DNA from: an uncultured virus (IMG/VR IMGVR_UViG_3300022923_001281)
Lineage: Duplodnaviria; Heunggongvirae; Uroviricota; Caudoviricetes
Reading direction: 5' to 3' (one strand)
Length of the DNA: 64,000 bases
IMG/VR virus record: IMGVR_UViG_3300022923_001281
Below, piece after piece: positions 28,801 through 37,402 of this stretch. A program made the position numbers and the translations under genes. How positions within the stretch are numbered: the first letter of the stretch is position 1; every line of letters begins with the position of its first letter. The notes beneath the pieces were generated by a model that worked only from the letters and a program-made list of their open reading frames with translations, ran no database searches and was not told where the DNA came from.

Positions 28801-29729
28801 ATGGCGGTTCAGCAACATCATTATCACTAGGCGATACACTTACTATTCAAGGTACAGGAAGTGAAATTGATGTTTCAAATAGTAGTAACACAATTACAAT
28901 TGGATTGCCAAACATTATAACTGCTGATCTAAACGGTGACGTTTACTCCTCAAATGGAACTAGTAAAGTATTAGAAGCTGGAAGTGATGGAACTGATGCT
29001 ACATTTACCGGTAACGTTACTGGTGATGTAAGTGGCAATGCTGGCACTGCCGATCAAGTATTGACTGTAAGAAATTCTGGTAACACAACACAATATTTAA
29101 CGTTTGTTAATAGTAACAACGCCACAGGTGCGTATGAATCTTTGCGTACTGATGCTGGTATAACTTACAATCCAAGCACTAATGCTATGGTTACTGGAGG
29201 AGCATTGACTATTGACGGAAACTTCCTAGGTGCTACAAATACAAGTGGTAATACTACAGGCGACAACGCTACTAGTATAGGAAGTAGCACAAGACGCTTC
29301 AACACAGTGTACGCTACTACATTCAACGGTGTAGCAACTGAAGCATTGTACGCTGACTTAGCTGAAAACTATAAAGGCGATGCTGTATACGAACCTGGAA
29401 CAGTATTAGTATTTGGCGGTAATGAAGAAGTTACTACTACTGATGTTAAAGGTGATAGAAGAGTAGCTGGTGTTGTAACCACAAATCCAGCACACATCAT
29501 GAATAGCGCATTAAAAGGTGAACATGTTGTTGGTGTAGCACTACAAGGTAGAGTTCCTACGAAAGTGCTTGGTCGGGTAGAAAAAGGAGACTTGCTAGTA
29601 ACCAGTGCTCGACCGGGAGTAGCTATAGTAGACAATGATCCTAAAATTGGTACTATTATTGGTAAAGCTCTTGAAAGTAAAACTGATGATGGCTACGGCA
29701 CAATTGAAGTTGTAGTAGGGAGAGTATAA
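22875..29729 (+). CDS. very large tail fibre/baseplate structural protein
   Basis: N-terminal GNDGTGDSIRESFKKVNENF (T4 gp9/gp10-type start); MTGAL.L and AATKxYVD repeats; C-terminal ADLAENY...GRVP.KV.G...KGDLLV...IGKALE chaperone-like domain. Confidence 0.85.
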   Translation: MAKQEVDIGVEGNDGTGDSIRESFKKVNENFTELYAIFGLGGQISITDLNDTPASTTGEAGKVLLVNQAGTGIDFYELVSDAGNSDPNDGQNTVAFSVDGNKLKISVINVNIESDPAPILSNPLKMGAALAYGETTYDKVIVDSERQTLIDNWNLVHEPDVEIDRMIAPTGLNQRQFIEKNTPGMGPRVADMPTDASGYTKTIASYNVAGRVNMPAHGFTEAVTGSRWKYSSDTTDATNLVTDQFYYVRRENADQLTLHPTAADALDNTNQIVPSGGTGVQSLIDASYNDTLEGFWTEDAILPRKEIVRRTGDTMTGALTLHDHPAPLAGAGTPNTADDLQAATKYYVDSQQYTLSENVYVSTKGDDAQTQTPPGREGRSETYAYRTIAAACARAARLQEAADIDVGPYVQTLTFTDGTGTNNGYVDNFSNIGYTAVSAEVTTVANTIASNRQTVIDDTIAAIATTYPDFVYNEATCRRDLGLIFDSIRLDILASTVSIKHNFLTRYAGLRYYANASGEIAIAQGAGGQYAQTRFAIVTAQIAMLALINTALGGSATGNQWYLATDARFDDILAMIDTTTSDVAIVEASNDYQLYIYSGSNKFLTQAGDPANGADANIDIFPGKIVRGKKSGAVGVINNYTRGADTVGTPTYDTLSLKLLLPIEFIDEEEIEYGAFVKKSQISVRIESGTYEEQLPIKLPANVSIKGDEFRRVIIRPAPGPSLSEAANIYFYRDATIDGLTTATAGEAYVSDLTLATEGYFGRHYLTDPTSPMNISTFAASNPGNFNQAADLIRLNRQFIIDRTISFITTTYPSLVYDEDKCRRDTGYIVDGIIKDLIKGGRVNSAVNQKSYAANVVPGQETETEAAINNIAVIITSVLAQTAYAGAGGDTGRVTNSSLTAEAAANTNAGELVSFVSYAFNGSYNPALDNNEMDMFLCNDNTIIRNVTAQRQGGFMMVLDPEGSILTRSPYAQTCSSFSRSTNEKAFRGGMFIDGYVYNMPMTVIQNGNTDPFRIQVEAPSTSGLGIRKPLVPCSFFEYGRRYQVNAIVDYVPNNGSGVATATLVLDPRANSGNGLDDDMDSAGGPVPIILQGAGNKSMLANDYTQINDLGYGVIANNNALTELVSVFTYYAHTGYLSRNGSQIRSLTGNNSYGNFGMVAEGSDPDEVARDVTLAQDLTQPVKMFVVDQEVEITGNSNGIARNDVLRQYNTTTDNIARATVIFNDDNSTNSTISVNRYIDFQTSYEYTFNATDEITVNSPTNGTSLLSGTRYVIGTIDGSDWTTVGAASNTVGLAFTANATNAGGTGVAYQSFGVPVSVNNVGLGGTKNQARAFIYDCTVLPLNASQLEIHHDDPDETFQPYEVINVSDTGTVIPVDYTDTTLADDLGSTSDFANKVWRLEFTSGTGGAVSTESTGLQFNVNHAQMAVMTSQQNLFVNGISSDVVTRPSTALIFDEQEIVTYRTLAFENLITPGYPAVGSQTRITIDDNFDYVDLVVSNDFAGQAPGTYSLSGGTTLGDTQGDQHIAVSTVLSANDTARLNSSDIDMIFSWKGKVHVITNYQVVTDSGSGTQFGIISFTDKYSIHDSYVGSGIAGQVSGPTGDNITLQVGLQEAESGNVTVNISTCRATSHDFLDIGTGGYNTSNYPDRVFGGPVQQPVTDEQSIDSEGFASKAQVQERTRGRVFFASTDQDGFFRVGRFFTVDQGTGRITFNAALVLTNIDGIGFKRGVRVNEFSADDTFTNATADSVPVETAVEGYIDRRLGMDRNGTALAGAQIIPQGTGGFLALSGTVPMAGDLRMGGQQINDLATPTSGSDAATKAYVDAGDEAYDTLEELEDTNIDDEQALADNQFLVYDATLSKWTNAAYDTNVGNSDFVVTYNESSNVLEGQITAGAIVNADIAAGANIAQSKLALAFASAAADAATAVEGIASFDSANFEVDGDGFVGIKDSGISNDDLAGSIANGKLANSNINISDGGSATSLSLGDTLTIQGTGSEIDVSNSSNTITIGLPNIITADLNGDVYSSNGTSKVLEAGSDGTDATFTGNVTGDVSGNAGTADQVLTVRNSGNTTQYLTFVNSNNATGAYESLRTDAGITYNPSTNAMVTGGALTIDGNFLGATNTSGNTTGDNATSIGSSTRRFNTVYATTFNGVATEALYADLAENYKGDAVYEPGTVLVFGGNEEVTTTDVKGDRRVAGVVTTNPAHIMNSALKGEHVVGVALQGRVPTKVLGRVEKGDLLVTSARPGVAIVDNDPKIGTIIGKALESKTDDGYGTIEVVVGRV

Positions 29730-30076
29730 TGGCACAGAAAACTATAAACACTGGCACACAAGAAAACAGTGGAGACGGAGATCCAATACGTATAGCGTTT
29801 GATAAGGTAAATGAAAACTTTACTGAACTATATAATGATATTGATAATGTGAGCCAGTCTGGTATTATACAAAACCAAGAATATGAAATTGACATTAATG
29901 GTAGTGTAACATCGGCAACAAGCACTTTGTTGGTAGACGGAGTCAATGGTGTTATACCTGGAGCCAATATTACTGGTGTGATACCAGGTTACATTAGTTT
30001 AGTTACTTTACAAACTGAAGTAGCAGCAAGCACAGATTTTGCTGACTTTCAAGCAAGAATAGCAGCATTAACATAA
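29729..30076 (+). CDS. virion structural protein (gp9/gp10-like N-terminus)
   Basis: GDGDPIRIAFDKVNENFTELY. Confidence 0.75.
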   Translation: MAQKTINTGTQENSGDGDPIRIAFDKVNENFTELYNDIDNVSQSGIIQNQEYEIDINGSVTSATSTLLVDGVNGVIPGANITGVIPGYISLVTLQTEVAASTDFADFQARIAALT

Positions 30077-30108
30077 TGCTAAATATATAAAAGAACAGGA
30101 CGTATAAC

Positions 30109-31749
30109 ATGGCAAGTAGATTTCCACTCATATTAGATGAAACAAATAACCAGTTAAGAGAACTGCCAGTAGGTGACGATCTTGATCTAACTGGTAACAA
30201 TCTAACTGGACTGTCAACATTATCAACCACAGGTGGAATAACAGCAGGCGGAACTATAAACGGGGCTTTAATTACAGCAACCAACGCTACAGTAAGTGGC
30301 AATGTAGAAGCATTGACCTATACAGTAGGTGGCACAAACTTACTTGAATCAATTGATTTTGCTGACATCCAAAATGCTCCTACTATTCCTACAGATGTTA
30401 ATCAGCTAGGAGATGTTGACGAATTACTAGGTGGCGGATTTAGTGGCGACTATAACGATTTAACAAATTTGCCAAGCATTCCAACTGATATACAAGACTT
30501 GACTGATAATAATAGTTTGATTCCTGATGATATAAATGATCTTACAGACGTAGATGGATTGCTAAGTTCAGGTGGAGCGTTTCAAACATTATCTGATACA
30601 TTCCAATTTGCTAATAACGCAAACAAATTAGTAATAGTGTCAGCAGATGAGCAATCACTTGCGCCTATTACTATACAAACAGTGCTAGACAATATTAGTT
30701 CAGCACAGATAACAGGTGCGTTAGGATTCACTCCATATGATGATTCAAATCCAGACGGGTATATAAATGATAGTCAAGGAGTAGTTCAAGCATTAGGATT
30801 TGCTCCATACGATGACGCTAACCCTGCAGGATATATAAGCACAGTTACAGAAGCAGCAGTAACTGGCGCACTAGGATTCACACCTTACAATAATACTAAC
30901 CCAGATGGATATATTAATAATGCCGCAGGTGTTATCAATGCCCTTGGATATACACCTTATGATGGTGCTAATAATTCCGAAGGATTCCTAACTGCTGAAG
31001 CAGATAACTTGGATAGTGTTGTAGAAAGAAATGATACTACTACAAGATCAATAAACACAGGAGCAGTAACTTCTACTGGCGCACTTACTGGTACTAACTT
31101 AGTAATGAGCAGTGGAGGCATAAATTTTAACCATAGTAATGCTGTAACTATAGATTCAGCAAGTGGCAACACAATTACACTTGGTAGCAACGGCGGTGCT
31201 GGAGTTGTTTTAGATTCGCCAACTTTCGTACAAATTAACAGAGAACTCCGCCCTAGTGGCACAGTAGGTTTAGGAAATGCTAGTAACTTCTTTAATAGTG
31301 CGTTTATTACTGATCTTACACTAAACACAATTAGTAGCACAAATACAGCATTAAGTTTGTCAACTACAGGCGCAAATAGTGTACTAACTTTAGACGCACA
31401 ATCAGGTGTTAGAATAGGTCCTAATGCTGATTATGTAGAATTACCATCAGGAACAACTGCCACTCGTCCATCTAGTCCTAACGTTGGCTCATTTATGTAT
31501 AATACTGACGTCGGACGCTACTTTGAGATTTATGATCCAAACAGATTCTTCGTTAACAGTGGAGGCAGTGGATATAATCAAGGCGGCTGGATGCAAGTTT
31601 TTGTACCTTACGGAGGTACACCGGGATTAACAGATACATACAGAGGCATGTTAGCTGTAGCAGATGGTAGCTCATGGGATCCAACTGGGAATGGTGACGA
31701 AGCACTGATGTGTTTTCTAAACGATGCTTGGGTAACAGTAGCATTTTAA
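30109..31749 (+). CDS. tail fibre-like protein with tandem repeats
   Basis: ALG(F/Y)xPY repeats, DLTD repeats, LPSGTTATRP motif. Confidence 0.75.
   Translation: MASRFPLILDETNNQLRELPVGDDLDLTGNNLTGLSTLSTTGGITAGGTINGALITATNATVSGNVEALTYTVGGTNLLESIDFADIQNAPTIPTDVNQLGDVDELLGGGFSGDYNDLTNLPSIPTDIQDLTDNNSLIPDDINDLTDVDGLLSSGGAFQTLSDTFQFANNANKLVIVSADEQSLAPITIQTVLDNISSAQITGALGFTPYDDSNPDGYINDSQGVVQALGFAPYDDANPAGYISTVTEAAVTGALGFTPYNNTNPDGYINNAAGVINALGYTPYDGANNSEGFLTAEADNLDSVVERNDTTTRSINTGAVTSTGALTGTNLVMSSGGINFNHSNAVTIDSASGNTITLGSNGGAGVVLDSPTFVQINRELRPSGTVGLGNASNFFNSAFITDLTLNTISSTNTALSLSTTGANSVLTLDAQSGVRIGPNADYVELPSGTTATRPSSPNVGSFMYNTDVGRYFEIYDPNRFFVNSGGSGYNQGGWMQVFVPYGGTPGLTDTYRGMLAVADGSSWDPTGNGDEALMCFLNDAWVTVAF
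30709..30990 (+). repeat. four ~20-aa tandem coding repeats (ALG[FY][TA]PY[DN]x.NP.GYI)
   Basis: Seen in the translation; DNA degenerate at third codon positions. Confidence 0.8.
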
Positions 31750-31758
31750 GGGGCAATA

Positions 31759-32505
31759 ATGGCAATACAAACAATAAACATAGGATCAGCAGCAAATGAC
31801 GGAACAGGGGATGATTTACGTGAAGCCTTTGTTAAGGTAAATGCTAATTTTAGTGAATTAGATTTAGTTGCGGTACAGACAGCACAAAACGTAGGATCAA
31901 GCGGCGGACAAGTGTTCAAAGAACAAGTAAGTAACACTATGAGCTTTAGACGTATCGTGGGTGGCTCTAATATTAATATAACAGAGTTAGATAACACGCT
32001 AGTTGTAGATGGTACTGTACCAGATCAAAGTTACAGTGTTGTTGCTGACAACGGTTCTATATTACTAGGAAATGGCCAAAGTTTTGCTATATATGGCGGC
32101 GAAGGTGTAACAACTAGTTCTGATAATAACGCTAGTCCTAATCCACAAATTATAATTGATGCTAGTTTAGAAAACGATTTGAGTCCAGTTCTAGCAGCAT
32201 CCTTAGATGCTAATAGTCAAAACATAACTGGTGTGAATAATTTATCAAGCACCAGTAGCTTGACTGGAACACTTTCTGTATCTACTACAGGAACTATAGG
32301 TACACTTATTCCTACTAATATTAAAACCAGTGGTACTGAAAGTGTTAACTATGAAAACAACTTGGGTAGATTTCTTACATGGGATTTAGGAGATATTGGA
32401 GGAGCATACGAGGGGGCTTTACAGTTTATTATAGGAAATCAAGATGTTGATCTTGGTACCTTTACTTCCCCATCGCAAGGAGAGATCGATCTTGGGAGCA
32501 TATAA
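31759..32505 (+). CDS. baseplate wedge/tail protein (gp9/gp10-like N-terminus)
   Basis: INIGSAANDGTGDDLREAFVKVNANF. Confidence 0.8.
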   Translation: MAIQTINIGSAANDGTGDDLREAFVKVNANFSELDLVAVQTAQNVGSSGGQVFKEQVSNTMSFRRIVGGSNINITELDNTLVVDGTVPDQSYSVVADNGSILLGNGQSFAIYGGEGVTTSSDNNASPNPQIIIDASLENDLSPVLAASLDANSQNITGVNNLSSTSSLTGTLSVSTTGTIGTLIPTNIKTSGTESVNYENNLGRFLTWDLGDIGGAYEGALQFIIGNQDVDLGTFTSPSQGEIDLGSI

Positions 32506-35500
32506 ATGGCACTACCACAATGGACAGTAAATAACGGCCATAACTTTGGCACGTTTGCCGAAAGAGCTACGCAAAATATACCTCTTCCTTTACAAAGTAC
32601 AGAAGGTGTTACTACAGCATTAATAAGTGGTAAGTTACCAACTGGTATGCGTATAGAAGATAATGCTGTTAAAGGCACACCAAACTTTCTTGCTGAAATA
32701 ACAACTTTTGCCTTTGTAGTTAGAGCTACCTCAGCTGATGGTATAGCTGATAGAACTTTAAAAATTACAATAGATGGTTATGATGAGCCGCAATGGATTA
32801 CAGAACCAGGATTGTTACCAGTAGGTAATAATAAAACTTATTTTATATTAGATAGTTCCCCAGTTGATTTTCAATTAGAAGTGTTAGATGATGACACACA
32901 GGTTGGAGAAGTGTTAGAATACTTTTTAGGAACAGATAGCACAGCATCTGGTACATTACCTCCTGGCTTAACAATGTCTAAAAGTGGCAGAATTACTGGT
33001 ATTATAGATCCTATACGTGCCTTAGACATTAATGAAATCAAACTGGGATACGATGCGGGCAGATATGGCATAACATTTGATTGGGGTGCTAGGTCTGATG
33101 ATACTATTGAAAGTTATTACTATGGTGATATAGAATTAACTAATTTAGATTTGGTGCGTCCTCCACGTAAACTTAATAGGAAATATGATTTTGTTGTTAC
33201 TGTTACAGATGGCACAGCATTTAGTAGCAGACAGTTTACAATATATGTTATTACAGATGAATTTACTCGTGCTGACAATACTATCATGCAAGTAGGGACT
33301 AATGTGTTTGTAAGTGACATGACATTTGAAAGAGTGCCTATTTGGGTTACTCCAAGTGATCTTGGGCAGCGTAGAGCAAATAACTACCAAACAATATATT
33401 TGAATATTATTGACCAGCCTACCGTATCAGGTGCTATTCGTTATGATTTACAGCAAAGAAATCCTGGTGTTTATAAACTTACTGCTACAAATGAAATAAC
33501 CACAGGTTATTATGACTTAACAGGAGTACTTCCATTTTTTCCTGTAGCCAATAGAGGACCAAATAGCACTTTACAGGATGGTACACCTAATCCTATCACA
33601 GTAGATGAATTTACAATAATTACACCAGAGAGTGTAAGTGAACTACCTCCTGGGTTAGGACTAGATCCAAACACTGGTGAAGTTGCTGGTATTATTCCGT
33701 ATCAACCTGCTGTAAGTAGAGATTATAAATTTAGTGTCAATGCTTTACGCTTTAACGAAGACACAGGATTAGTTACTGTATTTGGAACATTTATTGAAGA
33801 TACATTATCAGGCACTTCTAGTATAAAAATAGCAAAACTTTCTACGGATTTGACTGATGGAATAGACGATTTAGCAGCGTTAGTAAATCAGCAAATAGAA
33901 TTAAATGGCAGAAACTATACAATTACGAGTGTAAATGATACCAATGTAGATTTTGATTTACTACAAATAAGTCCAAATTTACAACCTTTATACAAATACA
34001 ATCCACTTACAGTAGCAGAATCAGCACAGTCAACAGATTATTTTTATGTTGATACTTTAAATACTACCGATGTATTATTTTATAACGAACGTGAATTAAA
34101 TTATAGTAATACAGAGAAATACATAATTAAAAACGCAGCAGCATATGTAAAATACACTGTAGAAACAACAATTGATAATAATTTAGAACTTAAAACAGAT
34201 ATTGCTCGTCCAGATAGTAGTGCTGAATCAATGTTAGACACACTTAATGACTTTTTAGCAGTAGGAGATTTACCTGCCTATATTACTGCTACTACAGGAA
34301 TAAACGGAATATACAAACTGTTAATGTATGTGCCAGAAAATAGCAATACAACCAATACCTCTTATATCAAAAATTTATTCCACACAGACGATAGTGTTGA
34401 AATTACAGCTACAAAGTTAGCAAACTATACTCGTATTGGACTAGATGTTCCATTACAAAGAGTTTTGAATGTTGGAAATACAATCAGCCTTGGTGCTTCA
34501 AAAGCAGATAGTTTTAGTAAAAGTTTTACTCAAGATGAAAGTAATATTGTTGAAAAAATCAAAACATTTGATTTAAAGTTAATTGGTGAAATAGATAGCG
34601 TATTAAGTTGGACATCTAATAGTAACTTAGGAACTATACAACCTAACTTACAAAGCACGTTTGCTGTTGAAGCTAAAAGTACATACGCCGGGGCAAATTT
34701 ATCTTATTCTTTAGCAAGTGGTAGATTGCCATTTGGAATGTTATTAAGTCGTAATGGGGAAATAGTTGGCAAATTTCCTAGTATAGGTACAGTTGAGAAT
34801 CCAGGACTTACAAAATATGATTCTGATAACACAACGTTCGATGGCTTAACAACAACTAATGATAGAACTTTTAAATTTACTGTGTTGGCAAAAGACAGAT
34901 TTGCGTACACTAGTATTTTACAAGAATTTACTATTACTATATCAACTGATGATACTAGACTATATAGTAATCTATATGTACAACCTTTATTACCAAAAAC
35001 ACAAAGAGAAATATTTACAACTTTTATTAATGATCCTAATGTTTTTGATCCAGAAGTTTTATATAGACCAAGTGATCCAGAATTTGGTGTACAAAAAGAA
35101 CTTAGAAGTTTAATTTTTGCTGGAATAGAAACAAATTCTGTATCAGCATTTGGTGCTGCTAGTGTAAAAGGCGTAAAAAGAAAACAATATTACTTTGGTG
35201 ACATAAAAACAGCAGTCGCAAAACAACCTGGAACAAATAATTCTGTATACGAAGTTGTATATATTGATTTAATAGATCCGGCTTTGCCTAAGAGTGGTAA
35301 AACTGCTGATTTCTTTTTCCAAAAAAATAGAAGCAAACGTATTACAGTAGACAGTATTGAAGTGGAACCAATTGATGACACATTTGGTGGAGGCGCTGGT
35401 GGTGTTGATTTAAGTATTCTTAAAAAAGATGGGACTACATTTAAATTAGACCTTAGCAATCAATCTCTAAGAGTAGTTAAAAGAGGCGGCGGTATTGTAA

Positions 35501-35997
35501 ATATTTCAGCTGTAAACACAATAAGTATATCAACTAGAGCAGGACCAGTAAGCATTGCCATTTCAAGTGTTGTAACTACAGACGGCCTAGAAGAAACTTG
35601 GAGACTCCGTCCTGATTGGACAACAATAAAAGTTGATAGTGATGCCGTACAGGTCAGCGAAGAAGAAGATAGAAAAAACTATATCTCGAATATAGAAAAA
35701 ATGAGAAAAAACATTAACTCTATGGGTACTACTAGTAAAGCATTTTTACCTTTATGGATGCAGACAGCACAAGGCAATGATTTACAAGAACTAGGTTATA
35801 CTTTTGCTATTCCGTTGGCATATGTTAAACCTGGCAATGGAGAACAAATTAGAAGAAATGTTTTAAATTATATTACAACCACAGGTTTTGATATTAAACA
35901 AATTGATTATGATATAGATCGGTATATTGTAAATTCAGTGACTGATGATTCTCTAGAACATTATATAATGTTCGGAAACTATCAATTTAACAATTGA
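32506..35997 (+). CDS. large Ig-domain structural (baseplate) protein
   Basis: Repeated SG.LPxG(L/M)....G.I.G 'putative Ig' motifs. Confidence 0.75.
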   Translation: MALPQWTVNNGHNFGTFAERATQNIPLPLQSTEGVTTALISGKLPTGMRIEDNAVKGTPNFLAEITTFAFVVRATSADGIADRTLKITIDGYDEPQWITEPGLLPVGNNKTYFILDSSPVDFQLEVLDDDTQVGEVLEYFLGTDSTASGTLPPGLTMSKSGRITGIIDPIRALDINEIKLGYDAGRYGITFDWGARSDDTIESYYYGDIELTNLDLVRPPRKLNRKYDFVVTVTDGTAFSSRQFTIYVITDEFTRADNTIMQVGTNVFVSDMTFERVPIWVTPSDLGQRRANNYQTIYLNIIDQPTVSGAIRYDLQQRNPGVYKLTATNEITTGYYDLTGVLPFFPVANRGPNSTLQDGTPNPITVDEFTIITPESVSELPPGLGLDPNTGEVAGIIPYQPAVSRDYKFSVNALRFNEDTGLVTVFGTFIEDTLSGTSSIKIAKLSTDLTDGIDDLAALVNQQIELNGRNYTITSVNDTNVDFDLLQISPNLQPLYKYNPLTVAESAQSTDYFYVDTLNTTDVLFYNERELNYSNTEKYIIKNAAAYVKYTVETTIDNNLELKTDIARPDSSAESMLDTLNDFLAVGDLPAYITATTGINGIYKLLMYVPENSNTTNTSYIKNLFHTDDSVEITATKLANYTRIGLDVPLQRVLNVGNTISLGASKADSFSKSFTQDESNIVEKIKTFDLKLIGEIDSVLSWTSNSNLGTIQPNLQSTFAVEAKSTYAGANLSYSLASGRLPFGMLLSRNGEIVGKFPSIGTVENPGLTKYDSDNTTFDGLTTTNDRTFKFTVLAKDRFAYTSILQEFTITISTDDTRLYSNLYVQPLLPKTQREIFTTFINDPNVFDPEVLYRPSDPEFGVQKELRSLIFAGIETNSVSAFGAASVKGVKRKQYYFGDIKTAVAKQPGTNNSVYEVVYIDLIDPALPKSGKTADFFFQKNRSKRITVDSIEVEPIDDTFGGGAGGVDLSILKKDGTTFKLDLSNQSLRVVKRGGGIVNISAVNTISISTRAGPVSIAISSVVTTDGLEETWRLRPDWTTIKVDSDAVQVSEEEDRKNYISNIEKMRKNINSMGTTSKAFLPLWMQTAQGNDLQELGYTFAIPLAYVKPGNGEQIRRNVLNYITTTGFDIKQIDYDIDRYIVNSVTDDSLEHYIMFGNYQFNN

Positions 35998-36026
35998 AAC
36001 CGATAAATAGTTAGAAGGAATTAACA

Positions 36027-36641
36027 ATGGCAAGCGCAATAGATGTAACAAATATAGACGAAAATTATCCAATCGCTGGAATAGACAATGATAGTCAAGG
36101 CTTCCGTGATAATTTTACAGTTATTAAAACAAACTTAACTACAGCAGGACAAGAAATTAGCACGTTACAAACTAATCGTGCTAGAACAGATGCTGATAAT
36201 AATCATGTTGGCAATAAAATTATTGATGCTGAGTTTGATGCGACAACTAAGTTAACATCACAATTTGCTGATACAACAAATACGTACACAGCAGATTTTG
36301 GCGTGGGTATGGTACATAGTGTAACACTTACAAATCCAGCAGGAACTCCTACTGTTAGTTTTCAAGGTTGGCCTAGTAACGGTAGATATGCTGAAATGCG
36401 TTTGTTTTTAACCATTACAAAATCAGTTCCTGTTGATACTACTTGTACGTTAAATGCTACTAGTTATAAAGTTTATGGCGATTTGATTCCTACAGGTCCA
36501 ACTGCAAGTGATGGTGCTGCTAATTTCTTTAGTAGTAACAACTTTACTCATCCATGTGACGGGTCAACTGTTGTAATAGATATTTTTACATTTGATTTTG
36601 GTAGCACACTTTATTTCAAATATATAGGCACGTTTGCTTAA
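36027..36641 (+). CDS. virion structural protein
   Basis: GATAAATA late promoter + GAAGGA SD; IDENYPIAG.DNDSQGFRDNF N-terminus. Confidence 0.7.
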   Translation: MASAIDVTNIDENYPIAGIDNDSQGFRDNFTVIKTNLTTAGQEISTLQTNRARTDADNNHVGNKIIDAEFDATTKLTSQFADTTNTYTADFGVGMVHSVTLTNPAGTPTVSFQGWPSNGRYAEMRLFLTITKSVPVDTTCTLNATSYKVYGDLIPTGPTASDGAANFFSSNNFTHPCDGSTVVIDIFTFDFGSTLYFKYIGTFA

Positions 36642-36868
36642 TGCATCCAATAAGAGATTTTACCGATCTTTCTGATCAAGAGTTAGAAAAAAAATTAGTA
36701 AAATTAAATAATACTTATTTTATGACTGATTCTGATTATGTAAGACAACAAATGATTCTATTAATTGATAGTATGAAACTAGAATTAGACGACAGAAGAC
36801 GCTCAAATATAAAAACAGTAAAGCAAGACCCTGAAAGTCCTCTTGACGATTTAATAAATATATCGTAA
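36641..36868 (+). CDS. hypothetical protein
   Basis: TAATG-coupled 75-aa ORF. Confidence 0.65.
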   Translation: MHPIRDFTDLSDQELEKKLVKLNNTYFMTDSDYVRQQMILLIDSMKLELDDRRRSNIKTVKQDPESPLDDLINIS

Positions 36869-36877
36869 AATACACGT

Positions 36878-37402
36878 ATGCTTATGAAAACAGATAAACT
36901 CGGTATCCCGCGATTTTCTAACCGTAATTTAATCGATATGATCTATAGTGGTCATGCGGATAAAGTTCATGTGGTATTGTGCGATACAAACGACGATGTA
37001 GACAAATTCAATGCCGCTATGGAAGAACAAGGCTTTGACAAACTACAAAAATATATCCCATTAGATGTAGATCAAAAGACTTTTGACGGTGTATGTCAAA
37101 GTGAATGGTTTATGCCTGATGAATACAAAGAACTAGATGTTGTTGCACATTTGTACAGTTTATGCGAAGGCGATGACAAACGTTTCCACAGAGTAAATGA
37201 AGAACTAGCAGAGTTCCAACGTAGAGAAATGTTTGATTTGTTGCGTTATATGATTTATCTTGTAGATTTTATGCGTGAGAACGACATTGTGTGGGGTGTA
37301 GGACGTGGATCAAGTGTAGCAAGTTACGTGTTGTACTTAATTGGTGTACACAGAATTGACAGTGTCAAGTATGATTTAGACTGGCGTGAATTCCTAAGAT
37401 GA
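36878..37402 (+). CDS. stand-alone fragment of DNA polymerase III alpha (DnaE family)
   Basis: RVNEEL..F, GVGRGSSVASYVLYLIGVHRID...YDL...EFL; preceded by TTGACG-N17-TAAAAT. Confidence 0.8.
   Translation: MLMKTDKLGIPRFSNRNLIDMIYSGHADKVHVVLCDTNDDVDKFNAAMEEQGFDKLQKYIPLDVDQKTFDGVCQSEWFMPDEYKELDVVAHLYSLCEGDDKRFHRVNEELAEFQRREMFDLLRYMIYLVDFMRENDIVWGVGRGSSVASYVLYLIGVHRIDSVKYDLDWREFLR

Noticed and set aside
30370..30990. Tandem repeats as a diversity-generating retroelement or DNA-level repeat array
   Set aside because: The repeats are conserved at protein level with synonymous divergence; no adenine-specific TR/VR pair or reverse transcriptase in the window.
22875..36000. Many 60-130 aa minus-strand ORFs within the structural genes (also inside clpA etc.)
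   Set aside because: Antisense shadows of long + strand genes, with no recognisable motifs.
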